A stretch of 55,123 nucleotides of DNA from Armatimonadota bacterium (GTDB taxonomy: Bacteria > Armatimonadota > UBA10988), in assembly GCA_016235455.1 (NCBI GenBank), contig JACRKZ010000037.1, positions 1 through 55,123 of the forward strand, read 5' to 3'. Within the stretch, counting starts at the first letter, position 1. Every line of letters starts with the position of its first letter. Under the pieces are notes generated by a model that was not told the DNA's origin, searched no databases, and was given only the letters and a program-made list of their open reading frames with translations. Positions 9,298-19,425 of the stretch are shown one piece after another. Position numbers and translations under genes: made by a program.

Positions 9298-9327
9298 CCG
9301 AGGGCCACGGGCAACTGTGGCCCTCGG
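9298..9327 (+). terminator. stem-loop after the Gly-rich lipoprotein gene
   Basis: CCGAGGGCCACGG-GCAA-CTGTGGCCCTCGG, GNRA loop, no U-tract. Confidence 0.55.
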
Positions 9328-9336
9328 AGACCGCTT

Positions 9337-11220
9337 GTGAAGCACCTGGCACTGCTGGCGCTGTGGCTTGGCACGATGACGGTCGCCTCGGGGCAGGACC
9401 TCATGCCGACTCGCATCGCACCGCCTGACCGCGACGCGCGCCTTGCGCCGCCGCGCGACCTCAACACCGTTGTGCCACCGCCGACCTACGGCAGCCGAGC
9501 CGCCTGGCAACATCGCCGCGCCGACCTGCGCGAGCAGATCCTGTGTGCGGCCGGCCTGTCGCCCATGCCGCCGCGACCGGCCATCGCCGCCCACGTCTCG
9601 GGCCGGCTGGAGCGCGAGGGCTACAGCGTCGAGAAGGTCTGGTTCGAGACCCGGCCCGGCCTGGTGCTCGGCGGCAACCTCTACCGCCCGCTGGACGGCG
9701 TCCAGGGCCGTCGGCCCGCCATTCTCACGCCGCACGGTCACGCGGCGCGGGGCCGGCTGGCGCACGACGAACTGTTCGATGCGCCCGGCCGCTGCATCAA
9801 CTTGGCGCGTGCCGGGTTCGTCGTGTTCACCTACGACATGGTCGACTACAACGATACCGGCATGGGTCTGGGCCATCGCTCGTTCGGCATCGGCAGTCCC
9901 GTGCCGGCCCTCTACAGCATCTCCATGTTCGGGCTGCAGACCTGGAACAGCATCCGCGCGCTCGACTTCCTCGCGGCGCTGCCCGATGTCGACGCACAGC
10001 ACATCGGTGTCACCGGCGAGAGCGGCGGCGGCACGCAGACCTTCGTCCTCTGCGCCATCGATGACCGGCCGGCCGCCGCGGCGCCGGTGAACATGGTGTC
10101 GCTGCACATGCAGGGCGGCTGCCTCTGCGAGAATGCGCCCGGCCTGCGCCTTGACACCAACAATGTGGAGATCGCCGCGCTCTTCGCGCCCAAGCCGCTG
10201 CTGCTCGTGGCGGCCACCGGCGACTGGACCAAGGACACGCCGCGGCTCGAGGGGCCCGGCGTGCGCGCCGCCTACGCCTTGTACGGCGCCGAGGACAAGG
10301 TCGACTGGGTGCAGTACACCGCGCCGCACAACTACAACAAGTCCAGCCGGCAGGCGGTCTACGCCTGGTTCGCTCACTGGCTGCAGGGCAAGCCGCGCGT
10401 GCGCGAGATTGCCGAGCAGCCGTTCACCGTCGACAGCGATGCCGACCTGCGCGTGTTCTCCGCCAAGCCGGCCGAGCAGTCGACCGAGGCGGAGCTGACG
10501 CGCAGTCTCACCGCGGAGCGGCAGCCCGACCTGAGCCAGCCAGCCAGACTGGAGCCAGCGCTGCGGCACAGCCTGGGCATCGAGCCCGTGGCGCCGTCGG
10601 CGGTCGTGGTGGGCGGCACGGGCGACGCGCCCATCCTGGGGCGGGCCGACCGCGGCGACCGGGTCCAGACCACCTGGCGGCCTGGCCACACGGGCGTCGT
10701 GCTGCTGGGTGACGACCCGGCCCTGGCGGCTGCCTTGGCGGCGGCGGGCCGCGGCGTGATGACGGTCAAGCCGTTCGCCTTCGACTCGCCGCGCGACCGG
10801 GTCAAGGAGTTCTACACGGGCTACAACCGCACCGACCTGGCCTGTCGCGTGCAAGATGCGCTGACCGCCGTCGCCGCGCTGCGCGCACGCGGGCTGGAGC
10901 GGGTGGAACTGGTCGGCAGTGGCCGCGCCGGCTTGACGGCGCTGCTGGCCGCGGCCTGGGCCGGCGCCGATGCCGTCGTGTGCGATGTGGACGACCTGGA
11001 CACGGCGGACGACACCGCCTACACCACCGACCTGTGGCAGCCAGGGCTGCGCCTGGCGGGCGATCTGCGCACCGCGGCGCTCTTGGCCGCGGCCCACGGC
11101 CGCGTCACACTGCACAACAGCGCGCGTTTCCAGCCGGGAGTAGCCCGGCCGCCGTATGCGTTGGTGCCCCAGCGACTGGACGCGGACTCGATTGTCGCCA
11201 GGCTGAACGCCGTTCGGTGA
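9337..11220 (+). CDS. secreted alpha/beta hydrolase (acetylxylan esterase-like)
   Basis: Signal peptide; PHGH, GESGGG nucleophile elbow, GGCLCEN, HNY; degenerate second hydrolase-like half. Confidence 0.85.
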   Translation: MKHLALLALWLGTMTVASGQDLMPTRIAPPDRDARLAPPRDLNTVVPPPTYGSRAAWQHRRADLREQILCAAGLSPMPPRPAIAAHVSGRLEREGYSVEKVWFETRPGLVLGGNLYRPLDGVQGRRPAILTPHGHAARGRLAHDELFDAPGRCINLARAGFVVFTYDMVDYNDTGMGLGHRSFGIGSPVPALYSISMFGLQTWNSIRALDFLAALPDVDAQHIGVTGESGGGTQTFVLCAIDDRPAAAAPVNMVSLHMQGGCLCENAPGLRLDTNNVEIAALFAPKPLLLVAATGDWTKDTPRLEGPGVRAAYALYGAEDKVDWVQYTAPHNYNKSSRQAVYAWFAHWLQGKPRVREIAEQPFTVDSDADLRVFSAKPAEQSTEAELTRSLTAERQPDLSQPARLEPALRHSLGIEPVAPSAVVVGGTGDAPILGRADRGDRVQTTWRPGHTGVVLLGDDPALAAALAAAGRGVMTVKPFAFDSPRDRVKEFYTGYNRTDLACRVQDALTAVAALRARGLERVELVGSGRAGLTALLAAAWAGADAVVCDVDDLDTADDTAYTTDLWQPGLRLAGDLRTAALLAAAHGRVTLHNSARFQPGVARPPYALVPQRLDADSIVARLNAVR

Positions 11221-11270
11221 AGAAGGCGGCGTGCGAATCTGTTGTAAACTGCGCGTCTGGAGAGCGGTCA

Positions 11271-13625
11271 ATGCGGCAGATCGGGTGGTTGGTGGCGGTC
11301 CTTGCCGCCGCGCTATCACCCCTTGTCGCGCAGACAGAGCCGCCAACCGACGCGCCCATTCGCGCGGCGGACCAGCCGCTGGGCCCGGCACAGCCACCGC
11401 AGCCACCAGCCCCGAACCCGTCCGCGGCTGCCCAGACCACCCCGTTGGGCAGCGGCCAGCTGAGCGTGGCGGCCAAGCGCGTCGGCTACGACCAGCGCCG
11501 CGGCCTCCTCACCGCCAAAGGCGGGGTGCGCGCCGACTACCAGGACATGCATATCCGCAGCGGCGAGCTGCGCGCCGATCTGCGCGGCAAGACCGTCGAA
11601 TTGCCGGGCGACTCGCAGTTGAGCACCGACGACGGCGTAACGCTCGACGCCACCGGCGTGAATGGCCAGTTCGAGGAGCGGCGCTACCATACCGGCCGCT
11701 TCCAGATGACCATCCCGCCCAAGGTGGCCGGGTATGGGCTGCAGGAGCCCATCACCATCAATGGCACCGGTTCCGACGTCCATCTCAGCACCTACTTCGG
11801 TGGGCAGGGCATCATCGCCACGAGTTGCCCGCCCAACGACCGCAAGTACTATCTCAAGGCGCATTCCATCGAACTGCGGCCTAATCGCAGCCTGACTCTG
11901 CGGCGCGCCAAGATCTTCCTGTTCGGTGTGCCCATCTTCGCCGTGGGCAAGCTGGTCATCCCGCTCAAGCCCTATCGCCGCCCCGACCACCTGCCCGAGT
12001 TCGGCCGCGACAGCGTCTACGGCTGGTATGCCAAGTACCGCTACGCCTACGACCTGGCCGAGCGCCAGGACGGCGACGTGATGGGCATGGTGACCGAGAA
12101 GCGCGGGCTGCTGTTTGGCGTGACCCACAACTTCGGCTATGGCAGCGGCACCTGGCTCGGCTCGGGCCGCGCCGAGGTGCTGTATGGCACGGGCCAGGGC
12201 GAGTTCACATTCCGCGGCAACATCAACCAGCGCTTCGGGCAGCAGCTGGCGCTGGTGGCCAACTACAACCTCAGCCGCAACTCGGGCTACTCGACCGCCA
12301 GCACGCAGAGCAACCTGACCGGCACGCTGACCCACCAGACCGATGTGACCACGACCACGATGAGCTACAACCAGTCGGGCACGCGGTCCGGCACGCTGAG
12401 CAGTTCCTACGGGCGGATCTCACTCAACCAGACCGTGCGGCTGGACCAGTTGTTCAACGCCGAACTGCTGGCCGACTACAACCGGCGCACCTATACCGGC
12501 CAGGCCACCGACGAGCAACTTGACACGCGCATGCGCTTCAGCGGCCAGTGGCGGCTGTTCGACTGGGAGCTACTCGACCAACGGCGCTTCGACCTGAGCG
12601 GCCAGCAAGGTACGGCCTCGGGCCAGACCACCGAGATCGTGCCGCAGGTGACGCTCAACACCGATTCCCGGCGGCTCCGGCCGCTAGGCTGGTGGGGCCT
12701 GCCCGACCTGCTGGACATGCGCTTCACCACCACCGTGGGCGAGTACCGAGAGCCGGTGACCGGCAGCACCTCGACCACCAAGACGCCGCAGGTGCTGCGC
12801 GTCAACTTCGATCTGAACGGCCAGCTGAGCGCCTGGCAGCTGGGCAGCCGCGCCATGTTCACCGCTGACGCGCGCTACAGCCAGAGCTTCTTCGATCAGC
12901 CCAACCCCGCGGCCAAGTACATCATCGCCTTCAACCCGGCCTTCTCGTACAAGCCGCTGCCCAACCAGCGCGTCGACATCCGCTATCGATTCCAGGAAGT
13001 GGCCGGCTACTCGCCGCTGCTGCGCTACGACTTCGCCCAGAAGATCAACGACATCGACCTCACCTGGAACTGGTTCGTGGCCGATCCCGTGCGGCCGCGG
13101 CTGGGCAAGATGGCGCTCACGCTCAACGGTGGCTACGACGTGCAGACCGGCCTCTATCGCGACCTGCGCCTGGGCATTCGGGCCAACCCCGTCGACGAGC
13201 TGATGATCGACCTCAACACCTCGTACAGTCTCGAGGGCCGCGGGTATGGCGACGCCGGCCTGCGCACCGTGCGCGGGCAGCTCATCTGGGATGGCGGCCG
13301 GCGCTGGCGGCAGGAGCTCGGCTTCACCTACGACCCGCGCAACGGCCTGTTCGGGCCCATCAACAGCCTGCTGCGCATCGAGCCCCTGCCCCGCGTCACG
13401 CTGCAGAATGCGCTGACCTGGGACGGCTACACCAAGCGCGTGACGTACAACGACATCCTGGTCAACTACGACATGGGCTGCGTGGGCCTCACCGGCTCCT
13501 ACCGCCAGCAGTCGTCCGAGTTCCGGCTCGACCTCAACATCGCCGCCTTCCGCGCGCTGGGCAGCCTGTTCGGCACTGGCCGCTACGGCCAGACCTTCAG
13601 CACGAGCCCAGGCCTGCAGTACTAA
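11271..13625 (+). CDS. LptD-like outer-membrane beta-barrel protein
   Basis: Signal peptide; OstA-like N-terminal region, TSC...YYLKA...GVPIF...P...PEFG pattern; alternating aromatic beta strands. Confidence 0.7.
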   Translation: MRQIGWLVAVLAAALSPLVAQTEPPTDAPIRAADQPLGPAQPPQPPAPNPSAAAQTTPLGSGQLSVAAKRVGYDQRRGLLTAKGGVRADYQDMHIRSGELRADLRGKTVELPGDSQLSTDDGVTLDATGVNGQFEERRYHTGRFQMTIPPKVAGYGLQEPITINGTGSDVHLSTYFGGQGIIATSCPPNDRKYYLKAHSIELRPNRSLTLRRAKIFLFGVPIFAVGKLVIPLKPYRRPDHLPEFGRDSVYGWYAKYRYAYDLAERQDGDVMGMVTEKRGLLFGVTHNFGYGSGTWLGSGRAEVLYGTGQGEFTFRGNINQRFGQQLALVANYNLSRNSGYSTASTQSNLTGTLTHQTDVTTTTMSYNQSGTRSGTLSSSYGRISLNQTVRLDQLFNAELLADYNRRTYTGQATDEQLDTRMRFSGQWRLFDWELLDQRRFDLSGQQGTASGQTTEIVPQVTLNTDSRRLRPLGWWGLPDLLDMRFTTTVGEYREPVTGSTSTTKTPQVLRVNFDLNGQLSAWQLGSRAMFTADARYSQSFFDQPNPAAKYIIAFNPAFSYKPLPNQRVDIRYRFQEVAGYSPLLRYDFAQKINDIDLTWNWFVADPVRPRLGKMALTLNGGYDVQTGLYRDLRLGIRANPVDELMIDLNTSYSLEGRGYGDAGLRTVRGQLIWDGGRRWRQELGFTYDPRNGLFGPINSLLRIEPLPRVTLQNALTWDGYTKRVTYNDILVNYDMGCVGLTGSYRQQSSEFRLDLNIAAFRALGSLFGTGRYGQTFSTSPGLQY

Positions 13626-13628
13626 CGG

Positions 13629-13677
13629 CGGGGGGCCCCGGCCAGGCCGCTCGTGGCGACTCGGTCGGGGCCCCCCG
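13629..13677. terminator. GC-rich hairpin between convergent genes
   Basis: CGGGGGGCCCCGGCC...GGTCGGGGCCCCCCG. Confidence 0.55.
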
Positions 13678-13685
13678 GGCCGGCG

Positions 13686-16600
13686 CTACAGGTCGGCGTG
13701 ATAGGACTGCAGCGACCGCACGTCCGACCGACCCGCCGCCGCTGCCGCAATGCCTTCGGCCGCCGCCAGGGCGGCAGCCAGCGTGGTGATGTAGGGCACG
13801 CGCCGGCGGATGGCCGTCTTGCGGATGTAGGAGTCATCGACCAGCCCGCGGCGACCGATGGGTGTGTTGATGACCAAGTGGATCTCGCCGTTGGTGATGC
13901 CGTCGGTGATGTTCGGCCGGCCCTCGTGCTCCTTGAGGATGGGCTCACTGCCCACGCCGTGTTGGGCCAGGTACTCCGCCGTGCCACGCGTGGCGCGGAT
14001 GCGGAAGCCCAGGTCGGCGAAGCGCCGGCCGACCTCGGCCAGGCGGGCGTTCTTCTCGGCCGAGCTGATCAGCACGGTGCCGCTCAACGGCAAGGTGCCG
14101 CCGGCGCCTTCTTGCGCCTTGAAGAAGGCCAGTCCATACGAGTCGGCGAGGCCCAGCACCTCGCCGGTGGACCGCATCTCAGGTCCGAGCACCGGGTCGA
14201 CCTCGGGGAACATGGAGAACGGGAACACCGCCTCCTTGACGCCGAAGTGCGGCACCGTACCGAGCTTGATGTCCAGGTCGGCCAGCTTCCGGCCGAGCAT
14301 CAGCTCCGTGGCGATGCGCGCCATGGAGATGCCACAGACCTTGGAGACCAGCGGCACGGTGCGGCTGGCGCGCGGGTTGGCTTCCAGCACATAGACCACG
14401 TCGCCCGCGATGGCGTACTGCACATTGAGCAAGCCGATGACGCCCAGATCCAGGGCGATGCGGCGCGTGTAGTCACGGATGGTGGCCAGGTGCTGCTCGG
14501 CGATGCTGACCGGCGGGATGACGCACGCCGAGTCGCCCGAGTGGACCCCGGCCAGCTCGATGTGCTCCATGACCGCGGGCACCAGCGCGTCGGTGCCGTC
14601 ACACAGCGCGTCGGCCTCGGCCTCGACCGCGTCGTCGAGGAAGCGGTCGATGAGGATCGGCCGGTCGGGCGTGACATCCACGGCCGCGGCCACGTACTCA
14701 CGCAGCATCTCTTCGTCGAGCACGACCTCCATGCCGCGGCCGCCCAGCACGAACGACGGTCGAACCATCAGCGGGTAGCCGATGCGCGCCGCCACGGTCA
14801 GCGCCTCGGGCAGCGAGCTGGCCATGCCGGACTCCGGCATGGGGATGCCCAACGCCGCCATGCGCCCGCGGAACAGGTCACGGTCCTCGGCCAGGGCAAT
14901 GGTTGCCGGCGAGGTGCCGAGCACCTTCACGCCCGCCTCGGCGAGCTCCTGCGCGATGTTGAGCGGCGTCTGGCCGCCGAACTGCACGATCACGCCGCTG
15001 GGCCTCTCCTTGTCGTGGATGCTCAGCACGTCCTCGACCGTGAGCGGCTCGAAGTACAGCTTGTCCGACGTGTCATAGTCGGTGGACACCGTCTCCGGGT
15101 TGCAGTTGACCATGATGGTCTCGAGCCCGGCATCGCGTAGCGCGAAGGCGGCATGGACGCAGCAGTAGTCGAACTCGATGCCCTGCCCGATGCGATTCGG
15201 GCCACCGCCCAGGATCAGCACCTTCTCGTTGTCGCTCACCGCCACGGCGTCCGGCTGGTTGTAGGTCGAGTAGTAGTAGGCCGCGTCCTCGACGCCGCTC
15301 ACGGGCACCGGCTGCCAGGCTTCGACCACACCCAGCGCGATGCGCCGATCGCGCAGTGTCTTCTCGGGCACATCGAGTATCTTGGCCAGGTAGCGGTCGG
15401 CGAACCCGTCGCGTTTGGCCGCGATCAGCAGGTCGTCGGGCAGCTCACCACCCCGGTGCCGCAGCAGCTTCTCTTCCAGGTTGACCAGTTCGAGCATCTG
15501 CTCCAGGAACCACGGCTTGATGAACGTGAGCGCATACAACTCGTCGATGTCCGCGCCCTTGCGCAACGCCTCATAGAGAATGAACTGCCGCTCGGACGTG
15601 GGCTGACGCAGCAGGCTCATCAGCTCGTCGAGCGACTTCTCGTGGAAGTCCTTGGCGAAGCCCAGGCCGTAGCGCCCGTTCTCCAGCGAGCGAATGGCCT
15701 TCTGCATGGCCTCCTTGTAGTTGGCGCCGATGCTCATCACCTCGCCCACGGCGCGCATCTGCGTGCCCAGCACGTCGTGGCTGCCGCGGAACTTCTCAAA
15801 CGCCCATCGCGCGAACTTGATGACCACGTAGTTGCCCGACGGCGTGTACTTCTCCAGCGTGCCGTCACGCCAGTAGGGGATCTCGTCCAGCGTCAGCCCC
15901 GCCGCCAACTGCGAGGAGACGCGAGCGATCGGGAATCCCGTGGCCTTGGAGGCCAGCGCCGACGACCGCGACGTGCGCGGGTTGATCTCGATGACCACCA
16001 CCTCGCCCGTTTGTGGGTTGTGCGCGAACTGCACGTTGGTGCCGCCAATGACTTCGATGGCCTCGACGATGTCGTACGACCAGCGCTGCAGTTTGGCCTG
16101 CAGTGCCGGATCAATGGTCAGCATCGGCGCCGAGCAGTAGCTGTCGCCCGTGTGCACGCCCATGGCGTCGACATTCTCGATGAAGCAGACCGTGATGAGC
16201 TGGTTCTTGGCGTCGCGCACCACCTCCAGCTCCAGCTCCTCCCAGCCGAGCACCGACTGCTCGATGAGGACCTGGCCCACGATGGAGGCAGCCAGACCAC
16301 GCGCGGTGACCGTGCGCAGTTCGTCCAGGTTGTAGACCAGCCCGCCACCAGTGCCGCCCATGGTGTAGGCCGGCCGCACCACGACCGGGAAGCCCAGGTC
16401 GGCCGCGATGGCCTCGGCCTCCTCGATGGTGTAGGCCGGCGCGCTCTTGGGGATGGGGATGTTGAGCTTGTTCATCGTCTCCTTGAAGGCGATGCGGTCC
16501 TCACCCCGTTCGATGGCATCGGCCTGCACACCGATGATGCGCACGCCGTACTGGGCCAGAACACCGTTGCGACTGAGCTCCGCCGCCGCGTTGAGCCCGG

Positions 16601-16880
16601 TCTGCCCACCAAGATTGGGCAACAGCGCGTCGGGCCGCTCACGCTCGATGATCTCGGTCAGCCGGGCCAGGTTCAGCGGCTCGATGTAGGTCACATCGGC
16701 CATGCCAGGGTCGGTCATGATCGTCGCCGGGTTGGAGTTGACCAGCACAATCTCGTAGCCCAGCGCACGCAAGGCCTTGCAGGCCTGCGTGCCAGAGTAG
16801 TCGAACTCGCAGGCCTGCCCGATCACGATCGGGCCCGAACCGATGATCATCACCTTCCGAATGTCGTCGCGCCTAGGCAT
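13686..16880 (-). CDS. carB: carbamoyl-phosphate synthase large subunit
   Basis: MPRRDDI...GSGPIVIGQACEFDYSGTQA; duplicated ATP-grasp halves; MGS domain. Confidence 0.98.
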   Translation of the reverse strand: MPRRDDIRKVMIIGSGPIVIGQACEFDYSGTQACKALRALGYEIVLVNSNPATIMTDPGMADVTYIEPLNLARLTEIIERERPDALLPNLGGQTGLNAAAELSRNGVLAQYGVRIIGVQADAIERGEDRIAFKETMNKLNIPIPKSAPAYTIEEAEAIAADLGFPVVVRPAYTMGGTGGGLVYNLDELRTVTARGLAASIVGQVLIEQSVLGWEELELEVVRDAKNQLITVCFIENVDAMGVHTGDSYCSAPMLTIDPALQAKLQRWSYDIVEAIEVIGGTNVQFAHNPQTGEVVVIEINPRTSRSSALASKATGFPIARVSSQLAAGLTLDEIPYWRDGTLEKYTPSGNYVVIKFARWAFEKFRGSHDVLGTQMRAVGEVMSIGANYKEAMQKAIRSLENGRYGLGFAKDFHEKSLDELMSLLRQPTSERQFILYEALRKGADIDELYALTFIKPWFLEQMLELVNLEEKLLRHRGGELPDDLLIAAKRDGFADRYLAKILDVPEKTLRDRRIALGVVEAWQPVPVSGVEDAAYYYSTYNQPDAVAVSDNEKVLILGGGPNRIGQGIEFDYCCVHAAFALRDAGLETIMVNCNPETVSTDYDTSDKLYFEPLTVEDVLSIHDKERPSGVIVQFGGQTPLNIAQELAEAGVKVLGTSPATIALAEDRDLFRGRMAALGIPMPESGMASSLPEALTVAARIGYPLMVRPSFVLGGRGMEVVLDEEMLREYVAAAVDVTPDRPILIDRFLDDAVEAEADALCDGTDALVPAVMEHIELAGVHSGDSACVIPPVSIAEQHLATIRDYTRRIALDLGVIGLLNVQYAIAGDVVYVLEANPRASRTVPLVSKVCGISMARIATELMLGRKLADLDIKLGTVPHFGVKEAVFPFSMFPEVDPVLGPEMRSTGEVLGLADSYGLAFFKAQEGAGGTLPLSGTVLISSAEKNARLAEVGRRFADLGFRIRATRGTAEYLAQHGVGSEPILKEHEGRPNITDGITNGEIHLVINTPIGRRGLVDDSYIRKTAIRRRVPYITTLAAALAAAEGIAAAAAGRSDVRSLQSYHADL

Positions 16881-17012
16881 GGTCGCCCCTTCCCTCGCAG
16901 AAATGCTGTCGCAACACGCACTTTACCATTCCGCAATCAGCAAGTCGAGGACCGATAACCAAGCAGGAGTCGACTCCCGCATCGCGTAGCCACCGGCGAC
17001 TGGGAGCGAGCA

Positions 17013-18089
17013 ATGCCGTTAGCGTGGACCAAGGTGCTCATCTCCGACGAGCGCTACGAATCGGCCGGTGTCTTCGACGTCGACAACGATGGCGTGCTGG
17101 ACATCGTCTCGGGTGGCTACTGGTACCAGGGGCCGGACTTCAAGCGATACCACAAGATCGCCGACCTGCCCTCATTCGGCGACTACTACGACGATTTCTC
17201 CACCATCCCGCTGGACGTGGATGGCGACGGCTACACCGACTTCATCACCGGCGGCTGGTGGGGCAACACGCTGCGCTGGCGGCACAATCCCGGCCCGGCC
17301 GGCGGCCAATGGACGGAGCATGTCATCGCCGAGACGGGCAACATCGAGTCGACGCGCGCCTGGGATGTTGACGGCGACGGCGAGCTGGAGATCGTGCCCA
17401 ACACGCCCGGCGCGCCACTGGTGGTCTACAAGCTCGTCGAGCCCGGCCAGTTTGCCTCATACCGCATCTGGGACAAGCCCCAAGGCCACGGCCTGGGCTG
17501 CGGCGACCTCACCGGCAACGGCCGCATGGACTTCGTGCTGGCCGGCGGCTGGCTCGAAGCGCCCAACGACCCATGGCACGGCGAGTGGACCTTCCATCCC
17601 GACTTCGACCTGGGCGGCGCCAGCGTGCCGATTCTGGTGGCCGACGTGAACGGTGACGGCCTGGCCGACATCATTGTCGGGCAAGGCCACGGCTACGGGC
17701 TGGACTGGCTGGAGCAGCGCCTCGACGGCGATGGCCGGCGCACCTGGATCCGCCATGCCATCGACCCCTACAACAGCCAGTACCACGATATGCGCTGGGC
17801 CGACATCGACGGCGACGGCCAGTGCGAACTCGTCACCGGCAAGCGCTACCGAGCGCATCCGCGCATGGATCCCGGCGACTTCGACGACGTGGGCATCTAC
17901 TACTTCAAATGGACCGGCGAAAGCTTCATCAAGCAGGTCATCGACTACGGGCCCGTGCGCCAGGCCACCGGCTGCGGCATCTACTTCGACCTGGCCGACC
18001 TGCGCGGCACCGGCCGGCTGGACGTCATCGCGCCGGGCAAGGACGGGCTGTACGTGTTCTTCAACGAGGGGCAGTTCCCGCAGCCTTAG
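17013..18089 (+). CDS. FG-GAP/VCBS repeat protein
   Basis: About 7 DxDxDGxxD repeats; GGGAG RBS; no signal peptide. Confidence 0.88.
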   Translation: MPLAWTKVLISDERYESAGVFDVDNDGVLDIVSGGYWYQGPDFKRYHKIADLPSFGDYYDDFSTIPLDVDGDGYTDFITGGWWGNTLRWRHNPGPAGGQWTEHVIAETGNIESTRAWDVDGDGELEIVPNTPGAPLVVYKLVEPGQFASYRIWDKPQGHGLGCGDLTGNGRMDFVLAGGWLEAPNDPWHGEWTFHPDFDLGGASVPILVADVNGDGLADIIVGQGHGYGLDWLEQRLDGDGRRTWIRHAIDPYNSQYHDMRWADIDGDGQCELVTGKRYRAHPRMDPGDFDDVGIYYFKWTGESFIKQVIDYGPVRQATGCGIYFDLADLRGTGRLDVIAPGKDGLYVFFNEGQFPQP

Positions 18090-18868
18090 CGGCGGGGCGC
18101 GATGAGGCCCATCTGGCGTCCCGTGGCCGCGCCGTCGCGGCGATGCGAGTAGAACAGCTCGGGCTCGGCGCAGGTGCAGTGTTGGCTGACGTCGACGCGC
18201 ACCACGCCGAGCCCGTACAATTCGCGCACGGCCGCCGCGCGCAGGTCGAGGCGGGCGTGGCCTGGCCGCGTCGGCTGAGCCAGGTCGGCGTCAAAGCGGC
18301 TCAGCACCTCGGTGCTGACCTCGTAGTGTGCCGCGCTGATGCACGGCCCGATCGCGGCCACCAGGCGCTCTGGCGCCACCTGGGCGCGCTGACACAGGCC
18401 TCGCACCGCCACCGTGAGGATGCCGTCGGCCTGGCCACGCCATCCGGCATGGACCGCGGCCACCCAGCGACCATCGTCGCTGGCCAGCAGGACTGGCTGG
18501 CAGTCCGCCACGCGCACGCCGGCCAACTGGCCGGGGTCAGCGCCATACAAGCCGTCAGCCGCCACCGCCGTGGCCTCGTCGCAGTCCCCCGGACTGGCTG
18601 AGGCCACATCGGTTACGTCGTGGCCATGCACCTGCGCGGCCATGCGTAGCGCGGCCAGGTCGAAGCCCAGCGCGCTGCAGACCAGAGCGCGGTTGCGGCC
18701 GACCGCGGCGCGGTCGTCGCCGGTGACACTGCCCAGGTTCAGCCCGGCGTAGACGCCGGCACTCACCCCGCCGGGCCGTGTGGTGAAAGCATGGGGTACG
18801 CCGAGGTCGAGCAGGCGTGGCGAACAGAGCAGCAGCAACCCGCCGGCCGGCGTGGCAACGAGGGCCAT
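18086..18868 (-). CDS. pgeF: PgeF/YfiH family (laccase-domain, purine nucleoside phosphorylase-like) protein
   Basis: FTTRPGGVS, LNLG, QVHG, ADCQPV, HAGWRG, IGPCI, FYSHRRD. Confidence 0.93.
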   Translation of the reverse strand: MALVATPAGGLLLLCSPRLLDLGVPHAFTTRPGGVSAGVYAGLNLGSVTGDDRAAVGRNRALVCSALGFDLAALRMAAQVHGHDVTDVASASPGDCDEATAVAADGLYGADPGQLAGVRVADCQPVLLASDDGRWVAAVHAGWRGQADGILTVAVRGLCQRAQVAPERLVAAIGPCISAAHYEVSTEVLSRFDADLAQPTRPGHARLDLRAAAVRELYGLGVVRVDVSQHCTCAEPELFYSHRRDGAATGRQMGLIAPRR

Positions 18869-18869
18869 G

Positions 18870-19328
18870 TCAGTCCCGGCGCTCCAACTCCTGGGCGGTG
18901 TGTAGGAAGTCGCCAACGCTCTCGAACCCGCGGTTGACCGAGGCGAAGCGCAGGTAGGCCACCTCATCGAGCTCGCGCAGGTGGTCCAGCACCAACTCGC
19001 TGAGCACGTCCACCGGCACCAGGCGGCGCGCATTGCGGCGCAGCTCGGCCTCGATGTCGGCCACCACGCGGTCGATGCGCTCGGGCGAGATGGGCCGCTT
19101 GGTGCAGGCGCGCACCACGCCGCGACGGATCTTGTCACCGTCGAAGGCCTGCCGCCGCCCGTCCTTCTTCACCACCACCAGGATGCGCTGCTCGATGCGC
19201 TCGTAGGTGGTGAAGCGCGTACGGCACTCGGCACCGGTGCACTCACGCCGACGCCGAACCGACTCGCCATCTTCGGCGGTTCGGGAGTCGAGCACACGCG
19301 ATTCAGCTCCGCACACGGGGCAGATCAT
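18870..19328 (-). CDS. nrdR: transcriptional repressor NrdR
   Basis: CPVC...DSR...RRRREC...RFTTYER, ATP cone, VAYLRFASV. Confidence 0.96.
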   Translation of the reverse strand: MICPVCGAESRVLDSRTAEDGESVRRRRECTGAECRTRFTTYERIEQRILVVVKKDGRRQAFDGDKIRRGVVRACTKRPISPERIDRVVADIEAELRRNARRLVPVDVLSELVLDHLRELDEVAYLRFASVNRGFESVGDFLHTAQELERRD

Positions 19329-19425
19329 GGTACAGCCGTTCGTCCAGGCGACTTCAAGGTCATCATTGTACCCGGTCGCGCGCTACGCTCACAGCCCCAA
19401 ATGCGGAAACGGTTCCGTGAGCAGC

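Noticed and set aside
13686-16880. carB without an adjacent carA
   Set aside because: Split carA/carB loci are common, so this is not notable.
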